52,167 nucleotides of DNA from a virus (taxonomy: Duplodnaviria > Caudoviricetes). This document shows positions 45,769 through 52,167 of the stretch, piece after piece. The translations under genes were made by a program, and so were the position numbers. The stretch is from the IMG/VR virus record IMGVR_UViG_3300015245_000043, positions 1 to 52,167 of that record; one strand, 5' to 3'. The notes below the pieces were generated by a model. That model saw only the letters and a program-made list of their open reading frames with translations, was not told the DNA's origin and made no database searches. Position 1 is the first letter of the stretch. Each line of letters opens with the position of its first letter.

Positions 45769-46179
45769 ATGGTAGTGCAGCGACGCGATTGGAAGGACAT
45801 CCTAACGGATCGTCGACGCCATCAGAAGCCAACGGAGCCGACGGTCATGATCCCGCGCTGCCGCTGGTGCAAGCGGAAGCTAGAGCGGGCGACGGTCTAC
45901 ATCCACATCGCGCCGGAGTGGCAGGCGACGGACACGGTCGCGACGGTTCGCTACATGGAGCGGATCAAGGCTGGCGAGGTCGTCAGCTTCGATCGCGGCT
46001 ACTACCCTGGTCAATCGATCCATACGCCAGCGAGCGAGCGCCCGATTGTCGGGGTCAGAGTATGGGACGGCAAGAGCTACAGAGGGAAGCCGGCGCGCCT
46101 GCCGATATTCTGCAAGCCGGCCTGCGGCGTCGAATTCGCGCTCGACGCGCACCAGCATGGACATAGAAGGAGAAGCTAG
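45769..46179 (+). CDS. Zinc-finger hypothetical protein
   Basis: CRWC...FCKPAC; GGGAG RBS. Confidence 0.65.
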   Translation: MVVQRRDWKDILTDRRRHQKPTEPTVMIPRCRWCKRKLERATVYIHIAPEWQATDTVATVRYMERIKAGEVVSFDRGYYPGQSIHTPASERPIVGVRVWDGKSYRGKPARLPIFCKPACGVEFALDAHQHGHRRRS

Positions 46180-46440
46180 ATGCCGAAGCTAAGGAACGTG
46201 ACGGCTCACGAAATCGCTGAGGCCGTCAATGCCGCCGAAGATGTCAGCGCGATCTGCACTGGCATCGTCGGGCGCGTGCAGCAAGGCTATTGCGACGAGG
46301 TCGACGAGCCGGTCACGGTCGCGTCGTCGCTGCTATCGGCCAGCCGGTCGCTGGCTGACCTGGCGCACGCGATGCTGATCAAGGGACGGCTGCAAGAGCA
46401 GAAGGCGACGCTAGAGCGCACGCTGCGGAGCAGATCATGA
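46180..46440 (+). CDS. Hypothetical protein
   Basis: AGGAG RBS, 86 aa. Confidence 0.6.
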   Translation: MPKLRNVTAHEIAEAVNAAEDVSAICTGIVGRVQQGYCDEVDEPVTVASSLLSASRSLADLAHAMLIKGRLQEQKATLERTLRSRS

Positions 46441-46622
46441 AATGGTCCTGGTCCTGCGGCCACGAAGCGAGCGAGTGCTGCGCCGAATGCCATCGCCTGC
46501 TTTCGGTCAAATCGACGACGATGGTCGAGATCATCGACGACCTGATCGACGACCTGCGGCGACGCGGGCTTAACGAGAAGGCCGACGCCATCGGTCGCAA
46601 GCTGAATGAGGCACTACGATGA
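46437..46622 (+). CDS. Hypothetical Cys-rich protein
   Basis: ATGA-coupled; CGH..CCAEC. Confidence 0.55.
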   Translation: MKWSWSCGHEASECCAECHRLLSVKSTTMVEIIDDLIDDLRRRGLNEKADAIGRKLNEALR

Positions 46623-46852
46623 AACCCGCCGAATTCACGACGCTAGGGACCGCCGCCTTCGGCGAGCGCTGGCGTACCGCCCTGGCCGGCGCCATCGGCA
46701 AGTCGCGCGAGATGGTCTATCAGTACGAGCGCGGCAAGTACCCGATCCCCGACGATGTCGCCGTCAATATCCGCAAGGTCTGCGCCAAGCGGATCGAGAA
46801 GCGGATCGCGGACCTACAGGCGACGCTCCTGCGCTGCGAGCTTGCGGCCTGA
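46619..46852 (+). CDS. HTH DNA-binding protein
   Basis: FGERWRTALAGAIGKSREMVYQYERGKYPIP. Confidence 0.75.
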   Translation: MKPAEFTTLGTAAFGERWRTALAGAIGKSREMVYQYERGKYPIPDDVAVNIRKVCAKRIEKRIADLQATLLRCELAA

Positions 46853-46873
46853 ATTCCCTACCTGCTGCATAGA

Positions 46874-49111
46874 CTAATCGTCGTCGTCGCCTGCCTCGCC
46901 GGCCGGGTCGAGATAGGTGACGCCGATGCCTCTCTCGACCTTGTCGTCGCGCAGCCATAGGCCGCGCACGCGATGCCGGTACTTCCCTGTCCTGTAGGTC
47001 TGGAACCCCATCTGCTCCATCACGGCGCGGAAGCGGCCGATGCTATGGATGTAGCGGGTGTCGCCGAAGTGGATCGCGTGATAGGAGCGGAAGGCGCTGT
47101 AGAAGTCGTTGACCGTGTCGCCGTTGGCGGCGCCCTCCTTCGGAGCGACGCGCGTGCAGGCGGCTTCGATGAATTCGATCTCCGGCGCGTTGCTGCTGAT
47201 CCAGATCGCCTGCGCGTCGACGCCGGCTCTCGACGGCAGGATGTAGCTGCGGCTGATGACGCCGGAAAGTGCTGAAAGCATGCGGTTTAAGATCCCGCTC
47301 ATCTCTTTTCGATCTGACCAGATCGACGGCCAGGGCGAGTGCTGGCGCTCCTCTCGCTTGTATTGCCGGCGGAATTCCATCACCAGCGCGCGGTCGCGCG
47401 TTCCCTCGCTGAGGTCGGCGGTCGACGGCCAGGAGTTACAGAGGATCACAGGGAAGGTGCAGCAATTGAAGTTCACGTCGTTGACGTACTTCTTGGCGGC
47501 GTTGATCTGCTTGGCCTCGCTGATCATCTTCAAGGGACCGTCGGGTAGCACCGCCTGATAGTTCATGTCGTCGTCGAGAAAGAGCAGCTTGCCCTCTAGC
47601 TCCGAGAGCGCGAAGCGGTCGGTTTTCAGGTTCTCGATCCGGCCGGCTTGCACCGTGCCGGGCGGTAGCATCGCGCGCACGGTCATCAGCAGCCGCGTCT
47701 TGCCGTTGTGGCCGCTGCCCTTGCAGATCAGGTAGCAGCGCGCGTCGCGCCAGGGTGTCAGCGCGTAGCCCATCGCTTCGAGCAGCATGCGCTCGTTGTC
47801 GGCCTGGTCGTAGACGTGCAGCATGCGGCCCGGTCCCTGCCGGACGCTGGTGTCGCCGTTGACGAGCCGCTGCGCGGTCGCGGCGTAGTCGTCATCGCCA
47901 GCGCGCACGATGTAGTAGGTCTCGCTGAGGACATCGGCGAAGGCGGCGTCGAAACGCGGGCAGACGCTTCGCGGATCGTAGTCGACATCGCAGCAGTAGG
48001 TGAGCAGGTCATCGGGATCGTGCGGCTTGAAGATGATGCCGCCATCGGCGGTCGAGATCAGGATCGTGCCGTTGGCGAGATTGAGGATCGGGCGCAGCGC
48101 CATCTCCGGCCGCAGCAGCGGTGAGAGCCGGTCGTGTACTTCGGCTTCGAGCAAGCCCATCGCTTGCGTGACGGCGGTGTTCACGTTCTGCGGCCTGGCG
48201 TCGCCGATGCTCATCATCAGCGCCGGTTGATCGAGCGCGACGTGCTGCATGTCCTTCTTGATCAGGTTGGCGTCGATCCGGTCCCAGGCTTTGCCGCCGT
48301 AGCGCCACCAGGCGGCGTTGTGGAAGGCGAGCTTGCCGAGACCGTAGAGACCGCGCACGGCATCGGCCAGGCGGCGCGGGACATCGTAGGTCCGGTCCAT
48401 GTCGCGCCGTAGCTGCTCGAATGTCATCTGCTTGCGGAGGGTTTTCAGGCTGATCCCGGTCGCGCCCTTGATCCGGTGCAGGAGATCGTCGACCTGGACA
48501 GGCGTCAGGCTGGCGTCGACGATGGCGGTGATCGCCGTCGCGCAGTCGTCGACCGTGCTGTCGGCCGCCAGCAGATCGACGGCGCCGCCGATCTCGACGT
48601 AGCCTGGCGCCGTCGGCGCGACTAGCTCGACCGGCGGCGGGTTGACTTCTACGTCAACCTCGTCGTCGTGATCGAAGTCGAGGTCGTAGATCAGCGTGCA
48701 GCGCCCGCCGCTCTCCTCCCAGGCTTGCTGCGCCAGCCAGCGAAAGCCGACGTGACAGTGAGCCGGATCGATCCCCTGCCATAGCCTGTCGGCGGTCTCG
48801 ACCGCCTTCGGGTCGCTGCTCCATTGGCCGCACCAATCGAGCCAGGCGGCATAACCCTCGCCGCTCTTGGCGGTCGCGGCAACGATGGCATGGCCCATCG
48901 TCACCCAATACTCGCGCGAGCGCGGATCGTTCGGCCGGATCGGCAGGTAGCGCAGCGCCTCGACGACGGCGTCAATCGAGGAAGCGAGGAGATCGCCGGA
49001 CGGCGGCGCGTGACCGTTCGCCTTGGTCGGCTTGCGCGGGCGCTGTAGCGGGACGTAGTCGATCGCGCGGAGCGCGGCGGCGATCCTACCAGTGATCGGC
49101 GAGTTGCTCAT
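46874..49111 (-). CDS. PriCT-2 / D5_N / SF3 helicase part of a P4-family primase
   Basis: REYWVTMGHA (PriCT-2), LNLANG..PHDPDDLLT (D5_N), Walker A GSGHNGKT, Walker B LFLDDD. Confidence 0.9.
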   Translation of the reverse strand: MSNSPITGRIAAALRAIDYVPLQRPRKPTKANGHAPPSGDLLASSIDAVVEALRYLPIRPNDPRSREYWVTMGHAIVAATAKSGEGYAAWLDWCGQWSSDPKAVETADRLWQGIDPAHCHVGFRWLAQQAWEESGGRCTLIYDLDFDHDDEVDVEVNPPPVELVAPTAPGYVEIGGAVDLLAADSTVDDCATAITAIVDASLTPVQVDDLLHRIKGATGISLKTLRKQMTFEQLRRDMDRTYDVPRRLADAVRGLYGLGKLAFHNAAWWRYGGKAWDRIDANLIKKDMQHVALDQPALMMSIGDARPQNVNTAVTQAMGLLEAEVHDRLSPLLRPEMALRPILNLANGTILISTADGGIIFKPHDPDDLLTYCCDVDYDPRSVCPRFDAAFADVLSETYYIVRAGDDDYAATAQRLVNGDTSVRQGPGRMLHVYDQADNERMLLEAMGYALTPWRDARCYLICKGSGHNGKTRLLMTVRAMLPPGTVQAGRIENLKTDRFALSELEGKLLFLDDDMNYQAVLPDGPLKMISEAKQINAAKKYVNDVNFNCCTFPVILCNSWPSTADLSEGTRDRALVMEFRRQYKREERQHSPWPSIWSDRKEMSGILNRMLSALSGVISRSYILPSRAGVDAQAIWISSNAPEIEFIEAACTRVAPKEGAANGDTVNDFYSAFRSYHAIHFGDTRYIHSIGRFRAVMEQMGFQTYRTGKYRHRVRGLWLRDDKVERGIGVTYLDPAGEAGDDDD

Positions 49112-49748
49112 CGGTGACCGTCCTAACGTGTTCTGCGAGCAGGTCCGTGAGGGTCGGTCGACCGTTGACCGCATGCCAGGTGTAGGGCTTGCCGGTTTTG
49201 GGGTGAATGCCCTCGATGACGAATTGCTGACCGACGCCTAGAAGCTCGACCGCTGAGGTCTGTCCGGTGAAGGCGTTGGCGAATGCCTGGCGCTCTTTCT
49301 TGCGCGCGGTCGCCGGCCGGAACGGGACCAGGAAGCCAGGCGGGCGCCCGATCCTGATGCCGCAGCCGGCGTCGACGATGAACGGCAGCAGCGAGTTATA
49401 CACAGCCTGCGCGAACGTCTCGTCGAGCGTGTCGACATCGATGGCGTGGATATGTCGAGAATTCAAGCCGATGCCGTATGGCTCCGACGACATGCTGTTA
49501 TGCCACTTGACAAGTGTTTCACGTGAAACATCGGCGTGCGTCCATCCCTTGAAGCCGATCCAGCCGTCGGCCAGGCGCAGGCCCGGTATCTTCCCTAGCT
49601 TGTCGGCGGTGATGTTCGGCCCGGCGTCGACGGAGATCGGCGCGCCCGGCGGGATGATGGGAAGCAGGTCCGAAGTGTGACCGAGATCGGCCCATTTCAT
49701 GAACCGATTGACGGCAGGATCGAATTCAGCTACGGGAATGTAGGCCAT
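49086..49748 (-). CDS. Prim-Pol (bifunctional primase/polymerase) N-terminal domain, separate ORF
   Basis: GKIPG..W.GF.GW, AIDVD, VELLG.GQQFV..GIHPKTGKPYTW. Confidence 0.85.
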   Translation of the reverse strand: MAYIPVAEFDPAVNRFMKWADLGHTSDLLPIIPPGAPISVDAGPNITADKLGKIPGLRLADGWIGFKGWTHADVSRETLVKWHNSMSSEPYGIGLNSRHIHAIDVDTLDETFAQAVYNSLLPFIVDAGCGIRIGRPPGFLVPFRPATARKKERQAFANAFTGQTSAVELLGVGQQFVIEGIHPKTGKPYTWHAVNGRPTLTDLLAEHVRTVTDEQLADHW

Positions 49749-49805
49749 GACATACCTCGTCGTTGGTCACCTGACACTTCCTGGTCGCAATCTCGGAATA
49801 GTCAG

Positions 49806-49837
49806 GACAGCGCCCGCCCTCCCAGGCGGGCGTTGTC
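49806..49837 (-). terminator. Hairpin downstream of 49842-50030
   Basis: GACAGCGCCCGCC / GGCGGGCGTTGTC inverted repeat. Confidence 0.5.
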
Positions 49838-49841
49838 GCTT

Positions 49842-50030
49842 TCAGCGGAAGCCGTAGGACTTTGCAGTCGATGCGGCGCTTTTGCGGCCGGCGTCAGATT
49901 GTCGCTTATCAGCAGCGTGAAATTCCTTGGCGACCTTCGCAGGCGGGCAGTCGCCCTTGGCGGCGGCGCGGCCCTTCGGCGTGCTGCACATCGCCATGAA
50001 CCGTCGCTGCGGTGCGGAGGTCGATGGCAT
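49842..50030 (-). CDS. Small basic conserved phage protein
   Basis: MPSTS..QRRFMAM...VAKEF..AD pattern. Confidence 0.75.
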   Translation of the reverse strand: MPSTSAPQRRFMAMCSTPKGRAAAKGDCPPAKVAKEFHAADKRQSDAGRKSAASTAKSYGFR

Positions 50031-50395
50031 CAGGCGAAGCCGTAGGCGTTGGCCGGATGCAGAGCCGCGCGTTGCCGTCGGCGGCGCGTCGGCGTGAACA
50101 GTGAATTGATCCCGGCGTCGACGCTCGCGGCTTGCGGCATCGCCAGCGGCGCCGTCAGCGCGGCGGCGTCAGGCCCGGTGATCGTCTGCGCCGTCGGCGC
50201 TGGTGCTGGTGCCGCTGCCGGCGTCGGCTGCGGTATGAAAGCCGCGCCCTCGCCCGGCTGGCCGACGATGGTCTCCGGCCCGCTGACCTTGCGTCGCGCG
50301 AGCAGCGTCTTGCCAGCGGAACCGCCGCGCTCCTGGCCGCCGCCGACACCGCCACGTTGATCTGAGCCGGCTACGTGATCGCGTTCGTAGGCCAT
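50030..50395 (-). CDS. Hypothetical low-complexity protein
   Basis: Start at 50395 shares its leader with the tail fibre gene; TGATG-coupled to the next gene. Confidence 0.6.
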   Translation of the reverse strand: MAYERDHVAGSDQRGGVGGGQERGGSAGKTLLARRKVSGPETIVGQPGEGAAFIPQPTPAAAPAPAPTAQTITGPDAAALTAPLAMPQAASVDAGINSLFTPTRRRRQRAALHPANAYGFA

Positions 50396-50457
50396 CTGTC
50401 GACCCCCCGTCTGGTCGCGACCCCGACACGCTACTCCGGCCGTCATGGTGTCGCAAT

Positions 50458-50489
50458 AAAAATCCCCGCGCCGATCGCTCGACGCGGGG
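50458..50489 (-). terminator. Rho-independent terminator
   Basis: CCCCGCG/CGCGGGG stem followed on the minus strand by ATTTTT. Confidence 0.7.
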
Positions 50490-50500
50490 TGATCATGAGA

Positions 50501-51061
50501 TCAGGAATGCTCAACGCCTAACTTCTGGTAGTAACGCCGTTGCTTGTCAAGTTTTCGCAGCGCCGTCTCCGCTCGATTGGCCTTCCGTTGCCAGGCGGTG
50601 ATCCGCTCTAGCACCTGACTGTAGCGATCCTGCCGTAGCTGATCGGCGGTCGCCTTCATCTTCGGCTCGCGTTTCAGCTTGCCGTCGAGCCAACCGGACT
50701 TGACGACATAGTCGATCATCTCGCGCTCTAGGAACGCATGCCGCCCCATGCTGTCGTGCGCCTTCTCGTTAGGGTGAAGGCGCCAATGGCAATGGTGCGA
50801 GACGCTGTGAACGATGCAGCGCCAGCCCTCGTCGGGGTTGACGACGCCGCGATAGATCGACGTGCGACGCCGGCCCGACGTGATCCGCAGCGGTGTCTTG
50901 CGCCGCAGCGGTCGCTTCATGGCGAAGCGGTAGAGCAGCTTGACGGCGGTGATCGCCTCGTCGCCATCGAGCTTAGGCAGAGGTCCGTTCGGCCAGGAGC
51001 CGTTGACCGACGCATAGCGTCGCTCGCCGGCCCGTTGTTGGGTCGCAATCTCCATAGTCAT
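50501..51061 (-). CDS. Hypothetical protein with His cluster and C-terminal coiled coil
   Basis: IVHSVSHHCH..H..H; GGAG RBS. Confidence 0.7.
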   Translation of the reverse strand: MTMEIATQQRAGERRYASVNGSWPNGPLPKLDGDEAITAVKLLYRFAMKRPLRRKTPLRITSGRRRTSIYRGVVNPDEGWRCIVHSVSHHCHWRLHPNEKAHDSMGRHAFLEREMIDYVVKSGWLDGKLKREPKMKATADQLRQDRYSQVLERITAWQRKANRAETALRKLDKQRRYYQKLGVEHS

Positions 51062-51130
51062 TCTCCACGATTTACAAGAGCAAGCCGCCTCTCGGCGACG
51101 CCTTCATTATACCAGTTCCAATAAACAATG

Positions 51131-51340
51131 TCAACCCACTTGATTTGCTCGCTTTTTCTCTTGCTCTCTTTTGAGGAAGCATTTCCAGCAATCCTCGCGC
51201 CCCGGTGCCATGTCATCTTCGACCTGGTTCTGGCAGAGCGGCCCGGTGTAGAGCCAACGCCCGCACAGGCTGCGCCCCTCGCGGAAGAAGTGTGCCTTGC
51301 GCGCCAGGCCCGGCCAGGCCCATCCGTCAACGCTCGACAT
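51131..51340 (-). CDS. Small Zn-binding hypothetical protein
   Basis: KAHFF..RSLCGRW..CWKC; start uncertain. Confidence 0.6.
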   Translation of the reverse strand: MSSVDGWAWPGLARKAHFFREGRSLCGRWLYTGPLCQNQVEDDMAPGREDCWKCFLKREQEKKRANQVG

Positions 51341-51494
51341 TGTCGTCATTGTTTCCGTTGATCTCGTAGTGCTGATGAACTTCAACGAAGCAGAACATCA
51401 CACAGACCGGCTCGATGAACGGCGTGAAGCGGGCGCTGTTGGCGCCGCAGCCGCTCAGCATCAGCGCTAGTAGCAGCCATCGACAAATTGTCAT
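51327..51494 (-). CDS. Small lipoprotein
   Basis: LSGC lipobox, PVCVMFC..HY; GGAGGGAG RBS; homologous to 1949-2131. Confidence 0.65.
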   Translation of the reverse strand: MTICRWLLLALMLSGCGANSARFTPFIEPVCVMFCFVEVHQHYEINGNNDDNVER

Positions 51495-51577
51495 CACTCC
51501 CTCCTTCACAACAAGATGTCGGGGGAGTATAGGGTGTTCTGTCGACACCATCCCGACAACACAAAGGGAGGCTTCCC

Positions 51578-52123
51578 ATGTCTAGAGGGTTCCTAGCCTA
51601 CATCCTGCCGATCGATAGCGACGCGCTTCCGTCGCATCCGATCGCGCCTGGCGGCCCGCCGCCGATCCCGACGCATCCGATCTTCTATCCGCCGGAGGTC
51701 ACGCATCCGATCGTGATCCCGCCCGACGCGGTCGCGCCCGGCGTGCCGTCGCATCCGATCTATCTGCCGCCGCCTGTGCCGGGCCACCCCATCGTGATCC
51801 CGCCGGAGGCTATCGCGCCTGGCGTGCCGACGCATCCGATCTACATTCCGGCGCCGGCACCAGGTCACCCCATCGTGATCCCGCCCGACGCGATCTCGCC
51901 AGGCTCGCCGTCGCATCCGATCTACATCCCGGTCGAGCCGTCGCATCCGATCGTGCTGCCGCCCGGCGCCGGCCAAGGCGGCATCATCGTCGTGCCGCCG
52001 AGTGATACTGGACAGCCGCCGATCGTCATCCCGGCCAACAAGCTCGAAGCCGTGCGAGCGTTCCTGACCGGCAACCTGCCGCCAGCACCCGGCGGCCCGA
52101 CGCCGTCGCCAGTCAAGCGGTAA
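51578..52123 (+). CDS. Proline-rich repeat protein (HPIxIPP repeats), variant 2
   Basis: GGGAGG RBS; nine (S/T/G)HPI units in 181 aa. Confidence 0.85.
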   Translation: MSRGFLAYILPIDSDALPSHPIAPGGPPPIPTHPIFYPPEVTHPIVIPPDAVAPGVPSHPIYLPPPVPGHPIVIPPEAIAPGVPTHPIYIPAPAPGHPIVIPPDAISPGSPSHPIYIPVEPSHPIVLPPGAGQGGIIVVPPSDTGQPPIVIPANKLEAVRAFLTGNLPPAPGGPTPSPVKR

Positions 52124-52143
52124 CGACCTGAGAGAGCGCCCGC

Positions 52144-52167
52144 CTAGCGGCTGCTCTCGCTGCTCTC
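52144..52167. repeat. 24-bp exact repeat of 2128-2151 (circular overlap)
   Basis: Identical sequence beginning at the stop codon of the 75-aa gene. Confidence 0.95.

Larger units (their letters stand above)
2128..52143. mobile_element. Apparently complete temperate podovirus-like bacteriophage genome (about 50 kb, circularly permuted)
   Basis: Full set of replication, lysogeny, packaging and virion genes; terminal 24-bp overlap; no tape-measure or sheath gene seen. Confidence 0.9.

Noticed and set aside
49086-49088. TAG stop-codon reassignment or read-through
   Set aside because: Read-through gives DRRRAPRDRL, not the helicase frame; TAG ends capsid, TerL and other genes normally; no suppressor tRNA seen.

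Overview
Most of the window (2128-52143, about 50.0 kb) is an apparently complete, circularly permuted, GC-rich temperate podovirus-like phage genome; the last 24 bp of the window repeat 2128-2151 exactly. It encodes a replication module (family A DNA polymerase, DUF2815 SSB, split DUF2800/Cas4-like nuclease, SNF2 helicase, RuvC-like resolvase, split Prim-Pol/D5 primase-helicase), a cro/cI-xis-integrase module with an attP-like region, a T7/P22-like virion module (tail fibre, TerL, portal, scaffold, capsid, tail tubes, ejection proteins), and two blocks of small early genes. The most striking feature is a pair of type II hammerhead ribozymes (43978-44043 and 45674-45732). They share an identical stem II and bracket a five-gene, 1690-nt early cassette, which suggests self-processing and possibly circularisation of an early mRNA. 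Other notable signals are a genome-wide GTCGG-N6-GTMGG direct-repeat motif, a repeated GAGATTGCGACC initiation motif, nested domain insertions in a tail protein, apparent restriction-site avoidance, two versions of a Pro/His-repeat protein plus lipoprotein cassette, and no recognisable endolysin. Bases 1-2127 look like a chimeric tail made of a fungal-like GMC oxidoreductase fragment, broken bacterial restriction-modification genes and a variant of the phage's Pro-rich cassette. All family assignments are from motif recognition, not database searches.
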